Numbered from the stretch's first letter, positions 9,899-23,590 are shown. The stretch is 40,534 bases of DNA from Phoronis australis (GCA_002633005.1 NMRA01001202.1:1-40534), one strand, 5' to 3'. Numbers and translations are program-made. The notes: a model not told the origin generated them from the letters alone.

Positions 9899-12477
9899 AA
9901 GTCGGTTGCAATTTCCCCAGGTAGTCCTCAAACAAANTTTTGGCTGGGCTATCGCATGAGGCGAAATTCTGCTTATTCCTAGCTGCACCCTAGTAGCCCC
10001 CCCCCATTCAAAATCCTGGATCCGCTCCTGAAGTCGGTTGCAATTTCCCCAGGTAGTCCTCAAACAAAGACAAGCCCGTCGCCAAAAAAGGAAACCACGG
10101 TTGTTGATTGACAGCACTTTTGGACCACATTCTTGGAATCTGTCACCAGATTCGCTTTAAGAGTCGGTCAGTGTGCTGCGGCCTGCATGTGCTAGTGTGG
10201 TTCAGTAGAGTGAAAAATGCCATTTTTTCCTCTCGTTGGAGTATGAGAAAGGGCTAAAAATACATGTCTGAGTAATTTTTTGTGTTCATGTGTTGGGATT
10301 TTGATGTGAAATGATCACTATGCAGTATTCTTTACATGTGGTTTTTGACCGAGTGAAGAGAAGGTGATGGGGCCATTTTGTTACTTGCTAGACAGTATGT
10401 GAGAACTGCTACATGGCCCAAGAACGAGTTTGTGGCCTATTTTTAAATTACGTTGCACATTAGCTCGCCAGAGGACGTGGGTCTAANGGGGATCAGGGCG
10501 AATGAACAATGTCAATGGATAGGCCTTAATTGAACAAACCCAGTTTTTTTAAGGTCCACAAATTCAAAAATTCGAGACCCCTACATCCCTACATTTTTGG
10601 CGGGGCTATCGCATGAGGCGAAATTCTGGTTATTGAGAGTCAATCAGCCAGTGTGATGCGGCCTGTGCCAGTGTGGTTCAGTAGAGTGAAAAATGACATT
10701 TTTTCCTCTCGTTGGAGTACGTGAAAGGGCTAAAAATACATGTCTGAATAATTTTTTGTGCTCATCTGTTGGGATTTTGATGTGAAATGATCACTATGCA
10801 GTATTCTTTACATGTGGTTTTCGACCGAGTGAAAAGAAAGTGATGAGTCCATTTTGTTACTTGCTAGACAGTGAGAACTGTTATGTGGCCCAAGAACGAG
10901 TTTGTGGCCTATTTTTAAATTCCGTTGCACATTAGCTCGCCAGAGGACGTGGGTCTAAAAAGTTTTTGAGAAGGTGAAGACCTTTTGCATGCGGAACATT
11001 TTCTCTTGAGCAGTAGTTGCATAAAATGCTGACAAAATAAGAATTTAGGAAACTAGCGCTTTTGAGATTTCATCTTGAACATATACAAGGCCATCAAACG
11101 AAATATGATTATTGTTATTGATACCGTTGTTTTGCTATTGATGTATACCTTCTTTTTTTCCTTAATCTTACTATAGACATGGTCGTGTATTCCACATAAT
11201 ATCAGATTGGTACATGAAAAGAATCCTACTTTGACACCCTCACCAGTCGAGATTGGGCAACTCGGCCAATTTGCATACCATAGAATCTGGTACACTTTAG
11301 TCTGTTACTAGCATGGTTTGTACTGTAAAGTCATCATAAAACAATTTTTGGTAATTTTCCCTTTATTTTCAGTAAAGTAATCAGGTGTTGAAAATGAAAG
11401 AATTGCAATTATTCTTGAGGAAAATACATTTGGGAATTACCATATTTACAAAATTATAGCTCCATGAATACATTTCTCTATGCACACTCTACTACTTTTA
11501 AGAGTTTCACTTTTTATTGGTCGTGCAGTTTTTAACGACATAATAATCCTATATTTCTACTTCCAGCTGTTGATATCGGTGAGGGGAATTGATATGAATC
11601 TACATAAGGGCAAGAGGTCACTGCTGATGTGAGTAATGAAGGCATAGATGTCACCATTTTTAAGGGACACGTGGATAGCCCAAATGAAACTTATGGTCTT
11701 GGATGTCATGCTGTACATAATGGCGGCAGTGCAAGGGATCTGAGGAGAGCCACATCAAGCCAGAGGTATTCCAAGAGCTGACTGGTGCTATTAGAGTCTC
11801 CTGGATACAGGTTTATGGAGTGTGCTGGTGANTCCATGAATACATTTCTCTATGCACACCCTACTACTTTTAAGAGTTTCACTTTTTATTGGTCGTGCAG
11901 TTTTTAACAACATAATAATCCTATATGTCTACTTCCAGCTGTTGATATCGGTGAGGGGAATTGATATGAGTCTACATAAGGGAAGAGGTCACTGCTGATG
12001 TGAGTAATGAAGGCATAGATGTCACCATTTTTAATTGACACGTGGATAGCCCAGATGAAACTTATGGTCTTGAATGTCGTGCTGTACATAATGGCGGCAG
12101 TGCAAGGGATCTGAGTAGAGAGGAGAGCCATATCAAGCCAGAGGTATTCCAAGAGCTGACTGGTGCTATTAGAGTCTCCTGGATACAGGTTTATGGAGAG
12201 TGCTGGTGAATATGTAACAGGTTCTCATCAGGTAGCATTGTTGTGGCGTGTTGTAACTGATTAATCACTTAGTTGCAGAAAAAAATGTTCTCTTGTGCAT
12301 TTGACAGAACTGACTGTTGAGAGACCATACCAGTGCTTGCGGATTGTCTTTTAAACGTATGTGATCTTTTCGAACCTACAAGAATACGCTCTGGTATGAT
12401 ACGATTCGTGTGCAGTGCTTGTGGGTTGTCTTTTAAACTAAACTTGTTCATCGTAAAAGCTTGTGCCGTGGTGAGAA

Positions 12478-13290
12478 ATGCACAAATGCACCAGGTGTGG
12501 AGAGTCTTTGAAACTGAATTGTGATCTTGATAATAACATAGAAATGCACATTGATGAGAGACCATACCTGCCTAGCACGAGTGGAAAGTTCAGTAATACC
12601 TGTGTTGTACGCACACAACCACACAAAAGTGTGAGATCTTACAAATGTACTGTGTGTGGAAAGTCGCTTTCTGGGAACTTAGCTCTTGTTGAGCACACTA
12701 GAACACATACTGGGGAGAGGCCACACAAGTGTACTGTGTGCAGAAAGTCATTTTCAAGGCGTTTTGCTCTGCTTTTACACACAAGATTACACACTGGTGA
12801 GAGACCATACATGTGTGCTGTGTGCGGAAAATCATTTCCAGGAAATACTGGTCTTGCCGAGCACACAAGAACACATACTGGTGAGAGAGCCTACAAGTGT
12901 ACTGTTTGTGGAAAATCATTTGCGAGGAATCATAACCTCATTGTACATATGAGAACACACACGGGTGAGAGACCATACAAGTGTGACGTGTGTGGAAAGT
13001 CGTTTCCAGCGACAAAAAATTTGACTTCACACACGAGAACACACACTGGTGAGAAACCATATAATTGTTTTGTGTGTGGGAGGTCGTTTTCACAGAGAGG
13101 CACTCTTGTTGAGCACACAAGAATACACACTGGAGAAAGGCCTTACCAGTGTAATGTGTGTGGAAAGTCATTTTCATCGAAAAATAGCCTGAAAGCACAC
13201 ACAAGAACACACACGTGTAATGTGTGTGGAAAATCGTATTTACATCGTAGTCGACTGGTCAGGCACAAAAAAACTCACACTGGTGAGTGA
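12478..13290 (+). CDS. Tandem C2H2 zinc-finger protein, copy A: 8 canonical fingers, shortened paralog or allele of copy B
   Basis: 270-aa ORF with TGERP linkers. Relative to B it has an in-frame loss of three fingers (hybrid finger 5/8), loss of linker residues GDKRYK before finger 11, and a CGA>TGA stop at 13288-13290 that removes finger 12. Confidence 0.8.
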   Translation: MHKCTRCGESLKLNCDLDNNIEMHIDERPYLPSTSGKFSNTCVVRTQPHKSVRSYKCTVCGKSLSGNLALVEHTRTHTGERPHKCTVCRKSFSRRFALLLHTRLHTGERPYMCAVCGKSFPGNTGLAEHTRTHTGERAYKCTVCGKSFARNHNLIVHMRTHTGERPYKCDVCGKSFPATKNLTSHTRTHTGEKPYNCFVCGRSFSQRGTLVEHTRIHTGERPYQCNVCGKSFSSKNSLKAHTRTHTCNVCGKSYLHRSRLVRHKKTHTGE

Positions 13291-13860
13291 CCTTTTGGGT
13301 GTACTGTGTGTGGAAAATCCTTTAAAAGAAATTATGTTCTCATTGCGCACATTAAAAAACACACTAGTGAGAGGCTGTAGAGTTTGCAATGTATGTGAGA
13401 GAATAATGGCTGATCACATGACAACAAGCATAGACAAGAGATCATACTAGTGTGACGTGTGGCGAATCATTTCCAAAGAGTTACCACCTCTGAATTCATG
13501 CAAGAAAACAAACAAGTGAAAGACCATACAGGTGTTTTACTTATGGAAAGCAGTCTTCAAGTTCTTCTCTTGTGCACAGGGTTTAGGCTGGTGAGAGGCC
13601 ATACAACTGTTCTCTGTGTGTGGGAGGTTGTTTCGACTGGAAGATAGTCTTGTTGTTCGTATAAGAAAGCTACCACTGAGAATCCCTACTGGTGTAGTGT
13701 ATGTGTGTGGGAAGTCATTTTTACAGAGTAGTTATCTTCCTAAGCACACACAAACACACACTGTTGAGAAAACCTTCAAATATATTGTGCGGAAAATTGG
13801 TTTCAGATAATAGTATTCTGGCTAAGCATGCAAATAATACACTTTGATAAAAGACCATCC
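13291..13860 (+). pseudogene. Untranslated finger 12 plus decayed C2H2 fingers downstream of the copy A stop
   Basis: [24 protein letters not shown] follows the TGA, then the same broken remnants as in B, e.g. [19 protein letters not shown]. Confidence 0.75.
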
Positions 13861-16800
13861 ATTCTTATGTTTAGTATTACAGTAATGTTGTAATCCTTTG
13901 CACTGATAAATGACTGCCTTTTTGGATTAAAGCCTCTATGAAACGCTTCATTTTATAGATAAGGATTCGTACAAAAGTGGCCAAGGAGGTTTCAATATGT
14001 ACTTGTGTATGTTTGTTGTTTTAATTTAAAGTGGGTATTGGATTTTAGTGAGGTACTTTCAGAAAGTAATTGGCACCTAGTGGTGGTGCTACAAAGTACA
14101 GGTCATCCACCAGTCATGTCTTGTGAATGCTTAATCTGTGCTTTTCTAGTCCAAACTGTTGATGAATGCCTTTGGCACCAACTTATAACTTCAGGTCTTC
14201 AAATTTAGTGCAACTCATATTGTTTTTTCACAATAATTATTGGTCTACTTATGCACTAACTCGATTAATGAGAACCCTGGCCAGAAACTAGTATTAGCAA
14301 AAGATCTGGATGTTTAACACGAATCCTAAAAACAAATGCCATCTGCTCAGTGATTAGCAAATGATACATGATGATAGACCTCTGGGAGTCTTACCTCTGA
14401 ACCGAAGTCATAGCTTCTGTCATCAGACCAGGGTTTGATTGCAGCTAAGGCTAAATGTCAGAAACAAAACAGTGGCTAGAATCATTAATACATTTCCACT
14501 CTGGCCAAACTGCTTGATGCAAAGTTTGGATCATTGTAGCCTAAATACTAGTGGTTTTATCTTCTTTACATTTTAACGTGATATGGTCAAGTGATAAGAT
14601 GATTTTACTAGGTATTATTTGTTTGCTTAATGAATAAGAAACCTCAGCTTTGTAAATATTGTAATCATAGTTTATTATTGTTATATTTGAGTTTGTAAGC
14701 TGCAACTATTTCACTGTTATGTATGTGGCTGATCTAGGATTACCATAAGGGGGAGGACAACATTTTGCCTCGGGGAATTGCGCTTAGCGCGACTTTATGT
14801 GCACTGGCGGGAGGGGGGCGGGGATGTGGACCTCCTCTTAAAAAAACAGAAAATTTCGGTGGTCTAAAAAAACTGCAACGATTCCGCCGCGATCTGGGGT
14901 CTGAACCCCCCCTCATCCGCTACTGGTCCTAGTTACTGAACTTAATATTTCCTCACGCTTTATGCTGTTGCTGTTTCCTTTTGGATGCGGCAGGCAACTG
15001 AAGTGGGGGGGAGGGGCGCCTATGTGTTTTACTGATGGGCATTTCAACGTTGATTTATATTGGATACTTACAAAATTATGTTAGTATACCTCAGCTGCAC
15101 GACTGTTGTATTGTTTTCAGGATGAACTGTTCTGTTCGATCTGACGTTTGTTGCAGTCACTAACTTTTATAACACTCCATCAGCTTATTTATTTTTAATA
15201 TCAACTTATATAAACTTTTTACTTATATAACGACGTGATGCCTTTCGCTGATCTACCGAGGACAACACGCCAATGTGCAGCTCAAAACTAGTGAATAACA
15301 CAGCTGCGGCCAATTTAACTTCAAGAAGTTGAATTTCCCCGAAAATTGTTTAAAAAAGTAACCTTTATTATTTGAGGCCAAATAGTTTTCCCAATTGTTT
15401 TTTAGACTACACAATTTTTCTTAAGCTGATCAAAGCATTTTTCCCGGAATCTGGGGTAATTCTTGGACCCTGGCCGGAGATCGCCACCAAAACGTTATAG
15501 TGAGCCGCATGTTCAGAGCGGGTTGATATGATACAGCAGAGACATCCCGTGGCCGGGTGCATCAGATGAAGCAGTCCCTGGACACTGAAATATAGGGTCT
15601 CAACAATGTTCCTTACCTTTGCACTGTTTGTGGGCTTGTCAACTGTTACACTGATTGAGGCATGAAACGCGAAAGGTCGTCCGTCAAAAATATCTTAAAC
15701 AATTCCTGACAAAAGTACCATCTCGTAACGTACGTCTAGTACATAGTAATTCACTTTCCACTGTGAGGAATTTTCCACAAAAATTACTAGACAATTTTTG
15801 AAATATGCGCGAAAGAAAAACTGGCCTGTATGCCAAACTCATGCAGTGATGCGGCATTGCACCCGCCCTCCTGTCTGAACTGCGTACCAGCCTACTTCAG
15901 TAAAGCCTTACCAGTTGGAAGACACTGCCAAATTTGTTACTAGATAAACATCAGCTAGTAACCTGGGAGTAATTGATATTGGTCCTAGCTAGTAACCAAT
16001 GTACTCGGACCAGTAAACCGGTAAAAATCCATTCATAATCATTTATATTATCAATATGGCCTTCAAAAAGATAGTGTATGAGAAGCATAAGCGCTGCCTC
16101 ATTGATTGTAGTTCCGTAACATCTGTTTTGGTTCATCCCGGCTCAAATGCGAAAGACGTGTTTTTTTTTAATCAAAACACTACAAAAGTAGCAGAGAACG
16201 TTTTCAAGTTTTGCGGCGGGCTGTGTTCATCAGAGACTATTGTACAACAACGCGACTTCTGAGGCAAATATTTTGCTCATGATGCGATGAATGTAAGAGG
16301 GCTAATTTGTTGCGAACTCGCCGGCTGGAGCAGGTCACTGTAAATGGTATTGGCAGAAAGAATAATTCCTCGTGGTTTGTTGAACCCCTGTTATATGTAA
16401 ATTTATAGAGTTTTGTGTTTGCTATGGACGGCTCAAGTGAAGCACCCGTGGAATTTCTAGTCCGGAGTGTCATACCTTGTAGTATATATATACAGTGTAT
16501 TGGGGACGATCAGAAGCTGAGGACGCCTGTGCTGGCTGCTACCGACCACCTGGCGGCACGCAGGGAACCAGCGAGCCCATAACCAAGTCTTGTTGTACTT
16601 CAACTTGGAATCCTGCTTAATCTCAAGAATAAGCGGAAGCGAGTCTTGCGTGAACTTGGAATTCCAAGAACAAGCAAGTGATCTTGAGATTAAGCAAACT
16701 GCCAAACCCCGTACGTGAACTTGGAATCTTGCGTGAACTTGGAATTAAACGGCTGCCTGGCACACAATCACAGAACAAGGCGCTTGGGCTGAAATTGTTA

Positions 16801-18610
16801 CTGAAGCGGTAGGCTACGGAGAGAAAAGATTTGTAAAAAATTGAGATAAAGCTTCCGTTGCCTGGTCATGAATACTGGTTCAGGGACTGGAATAACAAAT
16901 CATTTAAGGGCTGTATTGTGATTACATGTCCCTCAGTAATGCACTGGGCATTCGAGGTCATAGCCCTACGGCTACGGTGGTCATTTGAGTCGTATTATTT
17001 CTGTGTTGTTGCCTATTCCAATATAAAAATAAAGCTTGATGTTTGAATTTAGTGCCTGGTTGACGTTTGATCAAGAGGTGAATTAAACATTCTCTAACTG
17101 GCTGCAATACATTTTAAATGTTTTTTTTTCTATTACCTTTAGAGCACTTCTGTCAGAGCACATTCGCAGTTTTTTCTACCTAATTCCGAGTTTAAGCAAG
17201 CCACACTGGTTTTTTAAACTTGGAATAATTCAATTTCTTCTCTAAAAAATTCACGATGTGAAACAAACCTTCTCTTAATGATTCAATACAATGTAAATGC
17301 ATTTTCTATTACTTTCGAAACACCTATGGTGGCATTGCCTGATTTCACTTCTTTTATTATATAGTTGACTATTTGAAGTACAATCTTATGAATCACTATT
17401 TTGCAATAAAGAAACGCCAAAATTGTAAAATATTTTTCTAATTTTTCGAAGGCTAATTACTATGCTACAAGTGATAAAGACTCCATTTTAACAAAAGTGC
17501 ACGTAGTTTAATCGTAGGTATTGTTCTTTCAAACGTAACTACACATATTTTAGAGTAAAATTTTCCTGTGACACAAATGAGACCAAAGTGTGTGTCATTC
17601 AAACCATACCTACCTTCATTATCAATTATTGTATGCATTGTTTGACGGTAAAATGCAAGATATGAATGACCAAATGACCAGCTTTACAACCTCTGATAAC
17701 TCAGACCTCTAGTGTTTTATGACATTATACATTACAAAACAAGGTTATTAATTACGATGACGTGGAATTCTATTTATACGAGTATTCTTATTGAAAATTT
17801 TGAAAATGAATAACTTCTTTCCATCCATATTATGCGCTAGTAAGCAATGATTTACCGGCAGTACTTCAAATATTTAACACAACATGTCGTACAAGTGGCT
17901 TTCAATTTTGTCAACATTAGCAACAAAAATAAATATTAAGACAAATTCCGTCTACCTGATGTTGGCTTGGTTTGATGTCATAAAACAATGTCTTGTAAAG
18001 TTCAATATTTGCAGCATAGTAATCAGCCTCAGAAAAATGGAGAGTTTGGCAATTATTTCTGACATGCCAAATTACTGTGCCATACATTGTGCATAAAATG
18101 ACTACATATTCATAAACCTATCAAAAATGTCTGGTAAACTTTCCAATGTTTGCAACGAAGTTCAACGTTTAAAAAATAAAAGAGTTTGGAATAATCATAA
18201 GACTTATCAAAAAACAAACTAGAGATTTCCAAAAGCATGTTACCACTGACAAAATAGAATAAGAATGAGACTGTCAAAATCTGACACTAGTAACAAACAG
18301 TAAATAGAATTTACAATAAAAATAAATCTTTGATAAACTTAATAAATTTACAAAAAGTAACCTGTCGTACATAGAAATGCTCAAACTATTGCAAGTAAAT
18401 GAATAAACAAATTATCACGGCAATCATAAACTATGTGAAAATAGTCCATTCTTGCTTTCTAGCTGGACCTTTGAACAACAATTCATAAAAAACTGACAAC
18501 AAGTGTGAACAAATTTGCAAAAAAATAAACCCTGAACAGCGCTACATTTCAAACTCCGACAAATCTTATCTAGATACATTTACATGTCAATTTTTTTGGA
18601 ACTAACTGAC

Positions 18611-20084
18611 CCCTTTCTGTCGGTGTTTTCAACAAGCTGGAAGTTAACATATTGGAAAAAGATATTCTATCACTCCAACTGTCCTGCCAAAACGTCTTCT
18701 CGAGTGTTTTACGCAATTGAGTTACTGACAATCTACTTGTATCATACAGGATTCAGGTAGCCTGCACATACCACACAATCATGACAAAATGTACATTTTA
18801 GGATCACTTGAACTGACAACTGCTTGAATGATCATGCCATTGTCTTGCTGCGCAGTGTGTAGTTTTTGTACCTGGCTGTGAGCGTAGATTCTTTTTAATT
18901 GCATACCTGATTGAACATCCCATGTGTAAATCATACTGTCCGAACCAGTCACAATTTGACAACCATCTGAATTGAACGCAACTGCATTTACCTGGAAATA
19001 AGGTACAATTCATTCATTGATACATGTACGTCACACACACTCAAATATTGCCAAATAAGATGGAAATGCATGCTGTAGTGAGGAATTAAAGGATAACAAT
19101 TGCATGCCCTCCTACCAGGGACCAGTTGTGTAACACCTAGTCTAGGTTGCATGTTCTCAGTAACAGTGCAATTGATTGTAAACGACAATGACATCTGGGT
19201 CATGTTTTATCAAAAGCTGAAATTCCGTTTTAAAATTATTGCAGTTAATTAATGTGGCTCACGAAGGAGACCGTTAAATCTGGATAAGAAAATTGCAATG
19301 TTTTTAATCTTCTAAACCGGACTTGTGACCGTTGATAAAACAAGCCTGAAGACTACGGTAAATGACTGACCAAGGTACCTTCACCGTATTCTACATTTTC
19401 TACTGGTAGATATAAGTTCAAAGATGTACTAGGTTTTCGGCCAAATTAGCAATAGAACACTGAGAATGATTGCTGATTATGTATCGTATTTATATAATAT
19501 GATGGTATTTGTATTTCCTTGTTGATGGTGGACTGATTAACCATCGAAACAATGGAGATTGCAATAACAGTCTCTGTAAACAACTCACCAAACTGTCGAC
19601 CTCTATTTTTTTCACAACATCCCCCAACTGTGCATTCCATACAGTGACATGACAACTGTTGTCGCTGGTTACAACAAGATCTCCATCACCTGAAACTGCA
19701 GCAATGGTAAGCAATAAGCAAATTCTAATATTCAGTTTTACAAAATTCGTAAAATAAAGCAGTTAAGAACTGACTGTGTTTTTCTTTATTAAATTACAGC
19801 ACTATAAACTAATTTAGTGGGCCACCTTTGGGTACAGCAAAAACAAACTGCATACATGTATCTTTTTGGTTAGCGCAAGCACTTGCACTACATCCCCTAG
19901 TGAGCAGTCATGTGATGGATTCTGTCAAACTAGGTCTAAACAGGGTATTAAGCATGAACAATCAACCCAAATGATGATTGTTCACTAATCCTTTAAACTG
20001 TTAAACACAGTTTTGCTTACCTTGATACGATATGATTCCACTATCACTACTTTCTGGCTGAACTTGACAAGTCTTAACCTTTTC
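18611..20084 (-). pseudogene. Multi-exon WD40-repeat pseudogene segment (APAF-1-like by eye)
   Basis: AG/GT-bounded, phase-compatible exons: 20084-20021 (EKVKTCQVQPESSDSGIISYQ), 19695-19589 (VSGDGDLVVTSDNSCHVTVWNAQLGDVVKKIEVDSL), 19472-19263 (two stops), 18991-18872 (VNAVAFNSDGCQIVTGSDSMIYTWDVQSGMQLKRIYAHSQ), 18761-about 18611 (one stop). Confidence 0.7.
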
Positions 20085-20445
20085 CTGCAACACAATGAAT
20101 GATTTTTATTGGTTACCAAAACCATTCTTCTTATAATTAGCAGCAGTGCATTGAAACAGTATCAGTAGTGATGCAGTAGTGCTAAACATTTATTCACGGT
20201 ATGCTGAAAAAACTGTTCAGTGATTACAGCACTGATTGTCCACGCAAACACACTGATAGTTTGCTAATATTGAATCAAAATATTATTTTGAAAATAATTA
20301 ACGTGAAAGACAAACAATAAAAAAAGGGAAAATCTTGCTGGCAATTAAGAACATGGAGCATGTGAAACTACTCGGCTTTGAACTGGTTCACCAATTTACG
20401 AAGTTTATTTTGAAAATTACGGTACACATTCTCCAGTTCGAACAG

Positions 20446-23400
20446 TCTCTAAAATTTGGGACAAAGAAATTTAAGCCCAATCCTCGATTCCTAGGTTACT
20501 GAAAACTAGTATATGAGGGTTCAACAAAAATAATATAACATTTCTCAAACAAGAGAATCTGAAGCTATCATTTCCTTGAGAAATAGAATGATAACATACA
20601 TCTTAAACAGACGTGACGGGGCTGAGTGATTCTTTTTGATTGGCTGAAGCTTGCCACCAGGTAGAATAGCCTTGCCTCGAAGGTAGTATCCATGACGACC
20701 TCCAATAGGCGACACTCTAAAACTATCCACAGCGCTTCGATTAAATGTCCTTGTGTCCATGGTTCATTTTTCAGCATTACTGAAAGCCAAGCAATTATTA
20801 TAAACATTACTTAACAATAACACTAAGATGAAACAAGAATGTGTGACTGTACACCTATTGTCCAACTCCATACATTACAAAAACGTATTCACACCAGAAT
20901 CAAAAACCTTGTATTACCAGAAACATCAAGTTCAGACGGAGATGATAGATGAGTGTGGAGCTCTGCATGGTTGTGACGAATAAGTATACTTAGGAGACTG
21001 ATTCCAAGAGCATACTTACCAACAGGTGTAACAGTGTAATGAGATTTGTCAGTCAAAGGGAAGATATAATTATACAACATGTTTTCTTATAAAAGGGTGC
21101 TTTTTCTGACAAATTTTCTAACAAGAGCAACGCAAAGCGTTGAAATGCGCCCACGAATGCACGGATAACGGTGTACTTCTAGGGGTGTTTATTTGGAAAA
21201 CAAGAGCAACGCAGAGCGTTGAAATGCGCCCACAATTGCACCATATACGGTATCCTTCTAGGGTTGTTTATTGGTACCATAAAGTGGCCAGTCGAGGGTA
21301 TATTTTTTATGTAGTATGTTGTACTTTGCAAAATGGAAAGGCATGGTCATTGTCTCCTCAATAAGCTAAGGGGCAAAATGTGAGTGATCTTCGTAATACA
21401 AGCACATCCTATACATCAGTTGCTTAAAACACCACAGAAACATAGAATTAAAAACAAATTTACCAACATACGAGATTAGCACAGCATTAGAATGCCAGAA
21501 ACAAATTTCTACTTGGAACTTTTTCTTCATAGTCACGAAGTAACACAAAGTATACACCTGAAGAAATATGAAAATACAGAGGTCAATGTAAAATACTTAA
21601 ATTGCCACTAAAGGCATACCGGTAGTCAGAATCATCCCAAAGTCGTCATCGTCCGTTGTCAACGTCACATAAATACACTTGCTAAATTTAGTAAAGATCC
21701 TGCAAACGGTTTGGGAGATACAGCCATGGGCACAAAAAAAACTGCCCCTAGGAGATGCCACAGTAATCAAAGTCATGGGAAATTCAGCGTCAACCGTCCT
21801 CTTCACAGTAAGAACATATATGCCAATTTTCACAATCATACTTAGAGCGGTTTGGTTGATAGAGGGGTGGACGCCAAAAAACAGACTCAAAAACAATAAA
21901 AATAGCCACTGGGTGTCGCAAACTAGGTCTAATCCATCCGAAAACGGGAGGATAGCGTCATTGCACTAATAGGTGCTTACATACTAAATTTCATGAAAAT
22001 CCGTTAAGGACTTGTGAAGATAATGAGGTAAACGTAAAACAATAAAATTGCCACTAGGGAGCACACTGGTAGGCGGATCCGTCCAAAAGTCGTCATCGTC
22101 TGTTGTTAATATCATATAAATATACTTATTAAATTTCGTAAAGATCCTGCGAACAATTTAGGAGATACAGCCATAGGCGCAANTCTCTAAAATTTGGGAC
22201 AAAGAAATTTAAGCCCAATCCTCGATTCCTAGGTTACTGAAAACTAGTATATGAGGGTTCAACAAAAATAATATAACATTTCTCAAACAAGAGAATCTGA
22301 AGCTTTCATTTCCTTGAGAAATAGAATGATAACATACATCTTAAACAGACGTGACGGGGCTGAGTGATTCTTTTTGATTGGCTGAAGCTTGCCACCAGGT
22401 AGAATAGCCTAGCTTGCCTCGACGGTAGTATCCATGACGACCTCCAATAGGCGACACTGTAAAACTACCCACAGTGCTTCGATTAAATGTCCTTGTGTCC
22501 ATGGTTCATTTTTCAGCATTACTGAAAGCCAAGCAATTATTATAAACATTACTTAACAATAACACTGAGATGAAACAAGAATGTGTGACTGTACACCTAT
22601 TGTCTAACTCCATACATTACAAAAACACATTCACACCAGAATCAAAACCCTTGTATTACCAGAAACATCAAGTTCAGACGGAGATGATGGATGAGTGTGG
22701 AGCTCTGCATGGTTGTGACGAATAAGTATACTTAGGAGACTGATTCCAAGAGCATACTTACCAAAAGGTGTAACAGTGTAATGAGATTTGTCAGTCAAAA
22801 GGATGATATAATTATACAACATGTTTCCTTATAAAAGGGTGCTTTTTCTGACAAATTTCCTAATAAGGGGGTGCCTTTTCTGACCAGATTCCCTAAAAAT
22901 CCATTCACTTTGAGGACTCGAAACTCCATAAACCCTTTTTATCTATCAAACATACTCTGGATTCTTAACATGATACTTTGGTTGTAGAGACATGGACATT
23001 TTAGCAACATTACTTCTAGTCACTGTTTCTGTCTTAAAGATTTAAAAANATTTTTCAGCATTACTGAAAGCCAAGCAATTATTATAAACATTACTTAACA
23101 ATAACACTGAGATGAAACAAGAATGTGTGACTGTACACCTATTGTCTAACTCCATACATTACAAAAACACATTCATACCAGAATCAAAACCCTTGTATTA
23201 CCAGAAACATCAAGTTCAGACGGAGATGATAGATGAGTGTGGAGCTCTGCATGGTTGTGACGAATAAGTATACTTAGGAGACTGATTCCAAGAGCATACT
23301 TACCAAAAGGTGTAACAGTGTAATGAGATTTGTCAGTCAAAAGGATGATATAATTATACAACATGTTTCCTTATAAAAGGGTGCTTTTTCTGACAAATTT

Positions 23401-23590
23401 ACTAATAAGGGGATGCCTTTTCTGACCAGATTCCCTAAAAATCCATTCACTTTGAGGACTCGAAACTCCATAAACCCTTTTTATCTATCAAACATACTCT
23501 GGATTCTTAACATGATACTTTGGTTGTAGAGACATGGACATTTTAGCAACATTACTTCTAGTCACTGTTTCTGTCTTAAAGATTTAAAAA
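20446..23590 (+). repeat. Locally duplicated/triplicated segment across single-N joins, containing exon-like - strand blocks
   Basis: 20446-21120 matches 22184-22862; 22509-23048 matches 23050-23590; junctions at N 22183 and 23049. Confidence 0.85.
21121..22182 (+). mobile_element. Helentron/HINE-like non-autonomous insertion with internal tandem repeat, truncated at N 22183
   Basis: Interrupts sequence that is uninterrupted at about 22862 and 23404. Starts ACAAGAG with hairpin CAACGC-AAA-GCGTTG (repeated at about 21199). Internal repeat of about 450-bp period (about 21598-21733 versus 22045-22182). Inserted at an AA/TT site. Family call is by resemblance only. Confidence 0.55.

Larger units (their letters stand above)
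1..16700 (+). repeat. Segmental duplication, copy A (probably extends left of the window)
   Basis: Colinear high-identity match by eye: 1-1988 to 25423-27651, 9318-14726 to 27647-32187 (partly N gap), 14725-16700 to 33594-35580. Confidence 0.92.

Noticed and set aside
12639-13450. Alternate-frame and antisense ORFs over the ZF arrays (also 29579-31199)
   Set aside because: Shadow ORFs of repetitive finger codons, or decayed finger fragments.
18064-18096. MPNYCAIHCA, a THAP-like start
   Set aside because: Stops after 10 codons with no downstream P, W or CxxH motifs.
20600-20781. AG/GT-bounded - strand block as an exon of the WD40 gene
   Set aside because: Two frames are open, neither is recognisable, and neither phase matches the phase-0 WD40 exon at 20084; left unassigned.
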